From Chloroflexota bacterium (GTDB lineage: Bacteria; Chloroflexota; Dehalococcoidia; Lucifugimonadales; UBA3495), in contig JAQBVF010000024.1 in the NCBI GenBank assembly GCA_027623675.1, positions 1 to 54,656 on the forward strand: a stretch of DNA of 54,656 nucleotides. The letters run 5' to 3'. Positions within the stretch are counted from its first letter, which is position 1; each line of letters starts with the position of its first letter. Positions 9,718 to 17,888 of the stretch are shown here, in pieces. The position numbers were made by a program, and so were the translations under genes. Below the pieces are notes generated by a model, which worked only from the letters and a program-made list of their open reading frames with translations, made no database searches and was not told the origin of the DNA.

Positions 9718-11082
9718 ATGTACGCTGAGAAGCTATTACCCCATGACTTGGAGGCGGAGGAAGCGGTCGTTGGGTCAGTCTTAATAGATGGGGACTGCTT
9801 CTCTCGCGTGGCGCCTTACATCAAAGCTGGCGATTTCTACCGCGAGAGGAATCAGCTTTGTTTCGCCGCCTGTGAGGCCCTCTTCCAACGTGATGAGGCC
9901 ATCGACCAAGTAACCCTGGCCCGGGAGCTTAGCCGCTCCAGCCAGTTGGAAACCGTGGGCGGCATGGCCTATCTCAGCCATCTGATCTCCGTTACCCCCA
10001 CATCGGCCCACTCCGAGCATTATGCCCAGGTGGTGGCCCGGACCGCGACCATGCGGAAGCTCATCGACGTTGCCTCCCGCATCTCGGCCATGGGCTACCA
10101 GGATACCGACGATGTGGACACCACCCTCCGCCAAGCGGAGGATGCTCTGTTCACAATCCGGGGCACCGACACCCAACGGGGTTTCGTGCCGCTGCGGCAG
10201 ATCTACGACCAATACCTGGAAGACCGCGCCGCCATCGCCGATCCGGTGGGCGAAAACACCGGCCCCGTGATGGTGGGATACACCGACATGGACGAGCTCT
10301 TGGGCGGCATCCAGCGGTCGGACTTGGTCATCCTCGGCGCCCGCCCGTCATTGGGCAAAAGCACGTTGGCCCTGAACATCTGCCTGAACGCCGCCAAGAA
10401 CGGCTCTTCGGCGGGGTTCTTCAGCTTGGAGATGAGCCGCGAGCAGCTGGCCCTCCGCATCCTGGCCTCCGAGGCCGAGATTGACTCCCACCGCCTGCGG
10501 CTGGGGTTGTACACCGAGGCTGAAGAACAGCGGATCATCGACGCCATCGGTCAGCTTTCCGACCTGCCGGTATACATCGACGACACGCCCTTCCAGACCA
10601 TGATTGAGATGCGGAGCAAGTCGCGCCGCCTGTCGTTGGAGCATGGGTTGGACCTGCTGGTGGTGGACTATCTGCAGTTGATCCAGGGCCGGAGCGGACG
10701 CAGCGACAACCGGGTACAGGAGATTGGCGAGATATCCCGGTCGCTCAAGATAATGGCCAGGGACCTGAATATCGCCCTAATCACCTGCTCCCAGCTAAGC
10801 CGCGGCGTGGAGCAGCGCACCGGCCACCGGCCGATGCTCTCCGACCTTCGGGACAGCGGAAGCATCGAGCAGGACGCCGACGTGGTGATGTTCCTGCACC
10901 GTGAAGACCTGTATTTCACCGAAGACGAATGGGCCCAGCAGTTTCCGGGCCGGCCCTATCCCAGGAACGTGGCGGACCTGATCGTGGCCAAGCACCGCAA
11001 CGGGCCCACGGGCAATGTGCAGCTCTACTTTAGGGATAACCTGGTCCGCTTCGATTCATTCGCCCGGGTGGACGACTACTAA
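9718..11082 (+). CDS. dnaB: Replicative DNA helicase
   Basis: PHDLEAEEAV, GARPSLGKS, FSLEMS, VDYLQL, SQLSR, SDLRDSGSIEQDAD, AKHRNGP; no intein. Confidence 0.97.
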   Translation: MYAEKLLPHDLEAEEAVVGSVLIDGDCFSRVAPYIKAGDFYRERNQLCFAACEALFQRDEAIDQVTLARELSRSSQLETVGGMAYLSHLISVTPTSAHSEHYAQVVARTATMRKLIDVASRISAMGYQDTDDVDTTLRQAEDALFTIRGTDTQRGFVPLRQIYDQYLEDRAAIADPVGENTGPVMVGYTDMDELLGGIQRSDLVILGARPSLGKSTLALNICLNAAKNGSSAGFFSLEMSREQLALRILASEAEIDSHRLRLGLYTEAEEQRIIDAIGQLSDLPVYIDDTPFQTMIEMRSKSRRLSLEHGLDLLVVDYLQLIQGRSGRSDNRVQEIGEISRSLKIMARDLNIALITCSQLSRGVEQRTGHRPMLSDLRDSGSIEQDADVVMFLHREDLYFTEDEWAQQFPGRPYPRNVADLIVAKHRNGPTGNVQLYFRDNLVRFDSFARVDDY

Positions 11083-11084
11083 TC

Positions 11085-11891
11085 ATGGCGCCTTCGGGGG
11101 CCTCCTCCGGTTTCCCCGGGTTTACCGGGAGCACTCTTTACACACCGGTGCCCAACCCGGTGTTTGGACCGATCTTGGAGGAGATCCAGGACCTGGCCGA
11201 ACTCAAAGTAACCCTGCGCGGCCTGTGGCTGTTTCACCGCCAACGGGGGGCGCACAAGGCCGTTTCACTGAGCGAGTTCCTGGCCGACCGGTCACTGGTT
11301 AAGGGTCTGACGTTAGAAGGCAAGGATGCAGGGGAAGAGATCCGGCGGGGGCTTCGGCTGGCCGTGACACGGGGCACGTTCTTGACCCATAAGTCCGAAG
11401 GGGCGGATTCTGTGTTTCTCCTGAACACCGACGCCGGCCGGCGGGCGGTGGCCGGTCTACAGTCGGGAGAAGTATCGGCCCCCCTTGAGTATGCTGGCAC
11501 AGCCTCCGGCGAGGCCCCGGAATCGGAACGGCCCAACATATTTGCCCTCTATGAGGACTGCATCGGGTCTCTTTCGCCGCTCTTGGCTGAGGAATTGAAA
11601 GAGGCCGAGGCCCGCTACCCCGGCTCCTGGCTCCGGGAGGCTTTCGGGATCGCAGCGGCCGAGAACAAACGCAGTTGGCGTTACGTGGCTGGAATATTGA
11701 GGCGCTGGACGGCCGAGGGCAGGGAGCGACCCAGGGACCAGGCCAGAAGCGAAGATGCCAAGCGGGGAGACGCCGGAAGGGGGGACGATGGAAAGCCTGG
11801 GCGACATTCTGAGACGGATCACGGCCAAAAATATATCGAAGACTACCAACGGCGGCGGGGTGGCCCTCCCGGACAGCGAGCCGGCCGTTGA
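11085..11891 (+). CDS. DnaD/DnaB_2-domain replication protein
   Basis: N-terminal wHTH-like region (ELKVTL); C-terminal NIFALYE...W..EAF..A...NKRSWRYVAGILRRW. Confidence 0.8.
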   Translation: MAPSGASSGFPGFTGSTLYTPVPNPVFGPILEEIQDLAELKVTLRGLWLFHRQRGAHKAVSLSEFLADRSLVKGLTLEGKDAGEEIRRGLRLAVTRGTFLTHKSEGADSVFLLNTDAGRRAVAGLQSGEVSAPLEYAGTASGEAPESERPNIFALYEDCIGSLSPLLAEELKEAEARYPGSWLREAFGIAAAENKRSWRYVAGILRRWTAEGRERPRDQARSEDAKRGDAGRGDDGKPGRHSETDHGQKYIEDYQRRRGGPPGQRAGR

Positions 11892-13170
11892 TCTGTGCCC
11901 CCAGTGCAAGGGCAGCGGCTGGGTAACCCGCCGCGTCCATATCGGCCATCCTGAATTCGGACAGGCCATTCCCTGTTCCTGCCAGGAAACCGAGGACGCC
12001 GGCGCCCGGTCCGCGGCGTTGCGGCGTTACAGCAACCTGGGCGCGCTGTCCAAGATCTCTTTCGCCACCACCGGCCTGGAAGGCACGCTGCCCGACGCCG
12101 CCAACCGGGAGATGTTCAACAAGGGCGTTGCCGCCGCCACCCGGTTCTCCGAGGACCCCCAGGGCTGGCTGGTGTTGACGGGCCCCAGCGGTTGCGGCAA
12201 GACCCACCTGGCCGTGGCCGTCGCCAACCGGTGCATCGAAAGGAACCAGACCACATTCTTCATCGTCGCCGCCGACCTGCTGGACCACCTGAGGTCCGCC
12301 TATTCGCCGGACAACCCCGTTTCATACGACGAATTATTCGAGCAGGTTCGGAACGTCCCCGTTCTGGTTCTGGACGACCTCAGCACCGCCAGCGCCACCC
12401 CCTGGGCGCAAGAAAAGCTGTTCCAGGTGATCAACCACCGCTACAACAATTCGCTGCCCACGGTGGTCACGGTGCGGGGGCCGCTGCAACGGCTAGACGA
12501 CTCCCTGCGGACTCGGCTGGAAGGCTCCGATCCCACCGCCACGGTGGTTCAGTTGGGCAATTTCAATAGCCGTCTCATCATGGGCATCGGCGAGGTCCGC
12601 CCCGAGATGCTGCAGCGGATGACTTTTGAGAATTTCGACACCCAGGGCGGGATGGGGGCCACTCCCGCTGATCAGGAGACGTTGGACCGGGCGCGGCACA
12701 CCGCCGAAACGTTCGCGGCCGATCCGGATGGCTGGCTGCTGGTCAACGGTCCACGCGGTTGCGGCAAGACCCACCTGGCGGTGGCCATCGCCGGGGAACG
12801 CCTCAAGCAGGGCGGCCAGGTTTTCTTCGCATTCGTGCCCACGCTTCTGGACCACCTGCGAGCCACGTTCAGTCCCGACAGCCTGGTGGGCTACGACGAG
12901 CTGTTCGAGCAGATAAACTCGGTGCCGCTGCTGGTGTTGGATGACCTGGGCGCCGAGAGCAGCACGGCCTGGGCCGAGGAGAAGCTCTACCAGATCATCG
13001 TTCACCGGCACGAGGCCCGTTTGCCTACGGTCATCACGACCGTATCCACCATGGACGAACTGGAAGACACCAAGTCCCGGATCGCCTCCCGCTTGGTGGA
13101 CGGCATGGTGGTTGACTGGGTGCTGATAACCGCCCCCAACTACCGCGACCAACGCCGCCGCGGCGGATAG
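11788..13170 (+). CDS. DnaC/IstB-like helicase loader with a Zn-binding region and two tandem AAA+ domains
   Basis: CPQC...CSC; two copies of G..GCGKTHLA (Walker A), LLDHLR, LVLDDL (Walker B) and W..EKL.Q.I.HR; SD before ATG 11788. Confidence 0.85.
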   Translation: MESLGDILRRITAKNISKTTNGGGVALPDSEPAVDLCPQCKGSGWVTRRVHIGHPEFGQAIPCSCQETEDAGARSAALRRYSNLGALSKISFATTGLEGTLPDAANREMFNKGVAAATRFSEDPQGWLVLTGPSGCGKTHLAVAVANRCIERNQTTFFIVAADLLDHLRSAYSPDNPVSYDELFEQVRNVPVLVLDDLSTASATPWAQEKLFQVINHRYNNSLPTVVTVRGPLQRLDDSLRTRLEGSDPTATVVQLGNFNSRLIMGIGEVRPEMLQRMTFENFDTQGGMGATPADQETLDRARHTAETFAADPDGWLLVNGPRGCGKTHLAVAIAGERLKQGGQVFFAFVPTLLDHLRATFSPDSLVGYDELFEQINSVPLLVLDDLGAESSTAWAEEKLYQIIVHRHEARLPTVITTVSTMDELEDTKSRIASRLVDGMVVDWVLITAPNYRDQRRRGG

Positions 13171-13175
13171 GCCGG

Positions 13176-13413
13176 GGCGGGTTATCCGCGAAGCAGCTTG
13201 AGCGGGAGCTTGGGGTGACTTACAAGACGGCGTGGAGAACTCATGGAGCGGACCGACGAACCGCTGGACGGTAAAGGCGAGCTTGGTGAATCCTGCTTCG
13301 CATCGACAGAGCATCTTCGTGGTTACCTGGACGGGTATGCCTGGCCGTACTACCACCGGGATGATGGTCGGGCGATGTTCGAGTTAGCTCTTGTTCGAGC
13401 GGCGAGTCGGTGA
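13176..13413 (+). pseudogene. Internally deleted IS1595-family transposase relic
   Basis: Manual translation: GGLSAKQLERELGVTYKTAWR (13176-13238), frameshift, then LMERTDEPLDGKGELGESCF / ASTEHLRGYLDGYAWPYYHRDDGRAMFELALVRAASR*. These match the IS1595 HTH, the degenerate VE.DE.Y motif and the C-terminal HL..YL.E..WR.N.R motif. Confidence 0.8.
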
Positions 13414-13520
13414 TTTCGTCTCCGCCACCTTGTCTAAGTTCGTCTCAAACTCCTCCTTGTAGGCACAGGAATCTCGTGGTCCTTCGGGGTTTTCTGCGTC
13501 TCTTGTTTCTTTTTGCTCAT
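13384..13520 (-). pseudogene. Frameshifted small ORF converging on the transposase relic
   Basis: MSKKKQETQKTPKDHEIPVPT continues as KEEFETNLDKVAETKSPTRRSNKS* after a one-base shift near 13458; unshifted it stops at 13434. Confidence 0.45.
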
Positions 13521-14307
13521 AAGAAGGGAGCCTTAGCTTATGACTAATTATATGGATACCTTTCGCCTTCGCGTCAAGCGGGCAAGGCAGAATATCACCA
13601 ATTTCGACCGTGTATCCCGGAATTTCTTTGAACCATCCCCGTACAAGGTGATTACCAAGATCAAGCCTCGTGTTAATGATGATTGGCTCGAAATCCATAT
13701 CGAAATTATCAAAGACACTCCGAGAAGCCTCGGGTTCATTTTCGCTGAATGTATTCATAACCTGCGGTCGGTGGTCGATAACGTTATTTGGCAACTCGGA
13801 CAAAAACATGGAACTCCGGACAGAATTTCCTTTCCCGTAACTGTTCATTGCAAATACTTCACCCCCTTGCTCACCGACAAGACCAACACCTTGTCTCTCT
13901 TGCCCACCAAGGCTTTGAAAGTTATCGAGGAGCTCCAGCCGTACCACCGAGGGAATCCTCAAGACCATCCGCTCTGGATTCTCAACCGACTCTGGAACGA
14001 TGACAAGCATCGCACCCCTGTGGTTGTCGCAACAATTAGCAATGACACCGTGCTGGATGTCCAGGCTGGTGGTATCGGCCAATGGTTTGGTCCCATGTCC
14101 TTGGACCATGATTTTCAACTCATGGGTGTTGCCATTCCTAAGTACGTGAAGATCGATCCTGAGTTGCACTTTACCCATGAGGTAATCTTGAAGATAAACG
14201 GGCAAGTCGCAGGGGGAACGAATGCCAGAGAACTCCTCTTGAAGTTGCACGACTTTGTCCGTGATGAAATTGTCGAAAAGTTTAAGCCATTTTTCTGAAT
14301 TAACCAT
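13384..14307 (-). CDS. Candidate antisense overlapping hypothetical protein (307 aa)
   Basis: Stop-free frame codon-aligned with 13540-14298 in lower-GC DNA; SD-like GAAGGGGA just upstream of ATG 14307. Confidence 0.4.
   Translation of the reverse strand: MVNSEKWLKLFDNFITDKVVQLQEEFSGIRSPCDLPVYLQDYLMGKVQLRIDLHVLRNGNTHELKIMVQGHGTKPLADTTSLDIQHGVIANCCDNHRGAMLVIVPESVENPERMVLRIPSVVRLELLDNFQSLGGQERQGVGLVGEQGGEVFAMNSYGKGNSVRSSMFLSELPNNVIDHRPQVMNTFSENEPEASRSVFDNFDMDFEPIIINTRLDLGNHLVRGWFKEIPGYTVEIGDILPCPLDAKAKGIHIISHKLRLPSYEQKETRDAENPEGPRDSCAYKEEFETNLDKVAETKSPTRRSNKS
13540..14298 (+). CDS. Hypothetical cargo protein with HEPN-like motif
   Basis: 252 aa, lower GC than flanks, SD GAAGGGAG; ECIHNLRSVVDN, IEELQPY and LNRLWNDDKHR (Rx6H) motifs. 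Confidence 0.7.
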   Translation: MTNYMDTFRLRVKRARQNITNFDRVSRNFFEPSPYKVITKIKPRVNDDWLEIHIEIIKDTPRSLGFIFAECIHNLRSVVDNVIWQLGQKHGTPDRISFPVTVHCKYFTPLLTDKTNTLSLLPTKALKVIEELQPYHRGNPQDHPLWILNRLWNDDKHRTPVVVATISNDTVLDVQAGGIGQWFGPMSLDHDFQLMGVAIPKYVKIDPELHFTHEVILKINGQVAGGTNARELLLKLHDFVRDEIVEKFKPFF

Positions 14308-14411
14308 TAGTCCCCTTCGTAGGAGTGAGCGACTTATACAGTGAAGTCCTACTCACCTTTACGAAAGGAGAAGATTAAGTCCCCTTTCATAATGCGCCAG
14401 GGGATTTTCAC

Positions 14412-14458
14412 TTGACATCCGCCAAAGCAATGCTATATTTAACTACATGGTTAAATAT
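14412..14458 (+). promoter_or_regulatory. Promoter with overlapping palindromic operator of the ArsR operon
   Basis: TTGACA 14412-14417, TGcTATATT -10 at 14434-14439; perfect inverted repeat ATATTTAAC-N6-GTTAAATAT at 14435-14458 covering the ATG. Confidence 0.8.
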
Positions 14459-14836
14459 CAATCGCGAACGCTGAATTCCACCTTCGCGGCGCTGGCGGAC
14501 CCCACCCGCCGGGCCATATTGGAACGTCTTTCCACCGGCGACTCCTCGGTGTCGGCATTGGCTGAGCCGTTCGACGTTTCACTGCCGGCGATCTCCAAGC
14601 AACTCCGGGTGTTGGAGCGGGCCGGGTTGCTGGTGCAGGAGAAAGACGGCCGGGTGCGCCGCTGCAGATTGGACGCGCAGCCCATGAAGGAAGCGGTTGA
14701 TTGGATAGCCCAGTACCGGCGGTTCTGGGAGGACCAACTGGAATCGCTGGCCGGCTATCTGGAAGACCTGGACCCCGATGATGACGATGTGAGCGAAGAC
14801 CAAAAGCCTGTAGATTCGGAGGGAAGAGACCAATGA
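14447..14836 (+). CDS. ArsR/SmtB family transcriptional regulator
   Basis: FAALADPTRRAIL, SLPAISKQLRVLERAGL, GRVRRC. Confidence 0.92.
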   Translation: MVKYQSRTLNSTFAALADPTRRAILERLSTGDSSVSALAEPFDVSLPAISKQLRVLERAGLLVQEKDGRVRRCRLDAQPMKEAVDWIAQYRRFWEDQLESLAGYLEDLDPDDDDVSEDQKPVDSEGRDQ

Positions 14837-15312
14837 CCAGACCAGCGCCGGAAACGGATATAAGCCTAAAGGTCAGCAGGACCATCAACGCGTCCCGCCG
14901 GCGGGTGTTCGATGCCTGGACCCAGCCGGAGATGCTCCAAAAGTGGTGGGGCGTCCAAGAGAGCTTCACCGTGCCAGTTGCCGAGGTGGACCTGCGGACC
15001 GGCGGCAAGTACCGCCTGGGCATGCAAGACCCGAGCCAATCCGTGCCCTACGTGTGTTATGGCGTCTACCGGGAGGTTGACCCGCCGGCCAAGCTGGTCT
15101 TCACCTGGACGTTGGAGAAGATGCCCGGCGACGATTCGGACTTCGTCCCCGCCGAGACCCTGGTTACGGTTGAGTTCATCGAACGGGGCGACGCCACCGA
15201 GGTGGTGCTGACCCACGAGCGGTTCACCGACGAACCGATGCGGGATGAGCACCAGGGAGGCTGGTCGGGTTGTCTGGATAACCTGGACCGCTTATTTGCG
15301 TCCAGCAGCTAG
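14833..15312 (+). CDS. SRPBCC/AHSA1-like ligand-binding protein
   Basis: VFDAWT.PE...WWG, DLRTGGKY, GVYREV.PP.KLVFTW, H..GW; ATGA overlap with arsR. Confidence 0.88.
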   Translation: MTRPAPETDISLKVSRTINASRRRVFDAWTQPEMLQKWWGVQESFTVPVAEVDLRTGGKYRLGMQDPSQSVPYVCYGVYREVDPPAKLVFTWTLEKMPGDDSDFVPAETLVTVEFIERGDATEVVLTHERFTDEPMRDEHQGGWSGCLDNLDRLFASSS

Positions 15313-15372
15313 GACTTGACCGGAACAGCGCGCAACCCATACGGATAGACCAAGATTTTAGGAGGAAATATC

Positions 15373-15555
15373 ATGGCCAAAGCCATTTATTGCAGCGACA
15401 TGGGAGCCGATTGCGACTTCGTGGCCAGAGGCGAGACGATGGAAGACGTGATGGCGGCGGGGGCCGAGCACGGGAAGGAAGCTCACGGCATGACTGAGAT
15501 CGCCCCGGAGATGGTCGAGAAGATCAAGTCGCTGATTCGCGACGAACCGGCATAA
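15373..15555 (+). CDS. DUF1059-family small metal-binding protein
   Basis: C.DMG.DCDF..RGE, EH..EAHG; strong SD AGGAGG. Confidence 0.8.
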   Translation: MAKAIYCSDMGADCDFVARGETMEDVMAAGAEHGKEAHGMTEIAPEMVEKIKSLIRDEPA

Positions 15556-15581
15556 CCGGCTTTAGGACCTACCGGAAGGCA

Positions 15582-15622
15582 GAAATGAAAGCGGCCTCAA
15601 TATCATGGGCCGCTTTCATTTC
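15582..15622. terminator. Bidirectional intrinsic terminator
   Basis: GAAATGAAAGCGGCC...GGCCGCTTTCATTTC hairpin between convergent genes. Confidence 0.75.
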
Positions 15623-15655
15623 CTTGATGCGGGGTCCGACTTCTTGGCGTAAAAC

Positions 15656-16693
15656 CTAGAGGGGCAGCGCCACCGTCTGGCCGGACTGGGCGCTGCGGGT
15701 CACGGCTTCGGTGAACTCCATGTAGTGGAGGCCTACCTCGAAGGGGGTGCGGGTGATCTTTTCGAGGCCCCTGATACCGTTGCAGAATTCCTCTTCCACC
15801 CGCCACACGGCCCGGCCTTCCTCAGGATTGGGAATCTCGGCCAGTTTCTCGTCGCCACGGCGACCGCCGTAGACGTTCTGGGCGCCGTCCACGTGGATGG
15901 TGCCCTCGCTGCCGTAGATCCAGACGCCGTTGCCCGATGACAGGCCGGTGACGGCGCTGAATTGCATGTTGGCGTGGGCGCCGCTGGCCAACTCGGCGAT
16001 GATGTTCACGTGGTCGGGGATGCTGACATCGACCATCAATCCGTCCTCGTCCTTGCGGCGGGAGACGTTGATCTTGGTCATGGACGTGACTTTTGTGGCC
16101 CGGCCCACCCAGCGGATCATGGCCTCGTACCAGATGCCCATGTTCAAGATGTTGTAGCCGCTGAGGTCGCGGTCGTTGCGCCAGTGCATGGGGCCGCCCT
16201 GGTCCTGGAAGTTGTTGCCCAAAGACTGGACCGATACGCCGATGACGTCGCCGACAAAGCCCTCGGCGATCTTGGCTTGCAAGAGGCGGTCGATCTTGAA
16301 GGTGAGGGGCGAGGGCACGATCTGGGTTGTCAGGTCGGGCCGTAACCGGGAGGCGTCTAGCATCTCCTGGGCTTCCTGGGCGCTGGTGGCCATGCGTGCC
16401 TCGCAGAGCACGTGCTTCCCGGCATCCAAGGCGGCCAGGGTCAGGGTGCGGTGCATGTAGGGCCAGGTGCCGATGCAGACGGCGTCGATGCTGGGGTCTT
16501 CCAGCAAGTCCTGCCAGTTGTCATAGACGTTGGGGATGTTGAACTGGTCGGCCACCACCTGTCCCGATTGGCGGCTGCGGTTGGCCACGGCGGCGATCTC
16601 CAGGCCGTCCACTTTCTGGAAGCCGGGTATGTGCCGGTCCCGGGTGTTGCGTCCCGCGCCGATGAGGCCGAGCCTGATTCCTTCTGAAGCCAT
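15656..16693 (-). CDS. Gfo/Idh/MocA family oxidoreductase
   Basis: GLIGAG Rossmann motif, IDAVCIGTWPYMH, GKHVLCEARMA; SD GGAGG before ATG 16693. Confidence 0.9.
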   Translation of the reverse strand: MASEGIRLGLIGAGRNTRDRHIPGFQKVDGLEIAAVANRSRQSGQVVADQFNIPNVYDNWQDLLEDPSIDAVCIGTWPYMHRTLTLAALDAGKHVLCEARMATSAQEAQEMLDASRLRPDLTTQIVPSPLTFKIDRLLQAKIAEGFVGDVIGVSVQSLGNNFQDQGGPMHWRNDRDLSGYNILNMGIWYEAMIRWVGRATKVTSMTKINVSRRKDEDGLMVDVSIPDHVNIIAELASGAHANMQFSAVTGLSSGNGVWIYGSEGTIHVDGAQNVYGGRRGDEKLAEIPNPEEGRAVWRVEEEFCNGIRGLEKITRTPFEVGLHYMEFTEAVTRSAQSGQTVALPL

Positions 16694-16820
16694 GGCGCCC
16701 TCCAATCTCGTCTGGAAATCATTGATGTGGGTTTCGGGTTAAGCCGGAGGGCAAAGGTCCCAAGCCAAATGTGCCCTCCGTTGTGCCGGAAAAGAGTTGT
16801 CGCGACCGTTTTGCAACCGT

Positions 16821-17888
16821 CTATAGGGGCAGGTGGACCACTTGCCCGGTCTGGGCGCTGCGGGTGACGGCCTCAGTGAACTCCATGTATTGCACCCCCA
16901 CATCGAACGGCGTGTGAGTCACGGCCGCATTGCCCCGGATGGCGTCGATGAAGTCCTGCTCCACCCGCCATTTGCCGCGCTTGTCGTCGGCTATGGGGTG
17001 CTCCTTCAACTGTTCATCGCCGGGCTTTCCGACCAGCACCTTGTCGAAGGGCGGGCCTTCCAACTTGATGGTGCCCTCGCTGCCGAATAGCCACATCTCC
17101 GAGCCGGTCTGCAGGCCCGTGACGGTGCTCCAGCTAAGGTCGCCCTGGACGCCAGACGCGAACTCGCACAGCACGTTGACGTGGTCCGGGACCGACACCC
17201 CGCGCAGGATCCCGTTTTCGTCCTTGCGCTTGTTGGTGAAGACCTTGGTCATGGCCACCACCTTGGTCGCGGGGCCAACGTAGCGCATCAGCGCCTCGTA
17301 CCAGATGCCCATGCCCATGATGTTGTAGCCGCTGAGCTGCCGGTCCTGACGCCAGTGCAGGGGGCCGTCGGTGTTCATGAACGTGTCGGCGCGGTTGGTC
17401 CGGCCGTGGTAGTCGCAGACCCGTAACCGCAACGCAAGCGGCTCGCCCAGGAATCCGTCGGCGATCAGCTCCTGCACGGTCCGGTCGACCTGCAGCGTCT
17501 GGGGCGCGGGGACGATCTGGGTCACCAGGTGCGGGAACTGCCGGGAGGCGTCCAGCATCTCGTGGGCTTCCTGGGCGTCCATGGCCATGCGGGCTTCCGT
17601 TAGGACGTGTTTGTCATTCTCCAGGGCGGACAGCACCAGGGTGCGGTGCATGTAGGGCCAGGTGCCAATGCAGATGGCGTCGATGTCGTCGGCCTCCATC
17701 AGCTCCAGCCAGTTATCGTACACGGTGGGAATCTCGTACTCGCTGGCGATGGCTTCGCCGGACGCGCGGCTGCGGTTGGCCACGGCGACAATCTCAACGC
17801 CTTCTTGTTCGCGAAGGCCGGGGATGTGCCGCAGGCGGGTGTTGGCGCCGGCGCCGATCAGCCCAACGCGGATGATTCCATTCTCCAT
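16821..17888 (-). CDS. Gfo/Idh/MocA family oxidoreductase (tandem paralog)
   Basis: Same motifs (GLIGAG, GTWPYMH, KHVLTEARMA) and a near-identical C-terminus. Confidence 0.9.
   Translation of the reverse strand: MENGIIRVGLIGAGANTRLRHIPGLREQEGVEIVAVANRSRASGEAIASEYEIPTVYDNWLELMEADDIDAICIGTWPYMHRTLVLSALENDKHVLTEARMAMDAQEAHEMLDASRQFPHLVTQIVPAPQTLQVDRTVQELIADGFLGEPLALRLRVCDYHGRTNRADTFMNTDGPLHWRQDRQLSGYNIMGMGIWYEALMRYVGPATKVVAMTKVFTNKRKDENGILRGVSVPDHVNVLCEFASGVQGDLSWSTVTGLQTGSEMWLFGSEGTIKLEGPPFDKVLVGKPGDEQLKEHPIADDKRGKWRVEQDFIDAIRGNAAVTHTPFDVGVQYMEFTEAVTRSAQTGQVVHLPL

Noticed and set aside
11085..13170. Prophage or IS21 (istB) interpretation
   Set aside because: No istA, integrase or phage genes; host-like GC; operonic with rplI-dnaB
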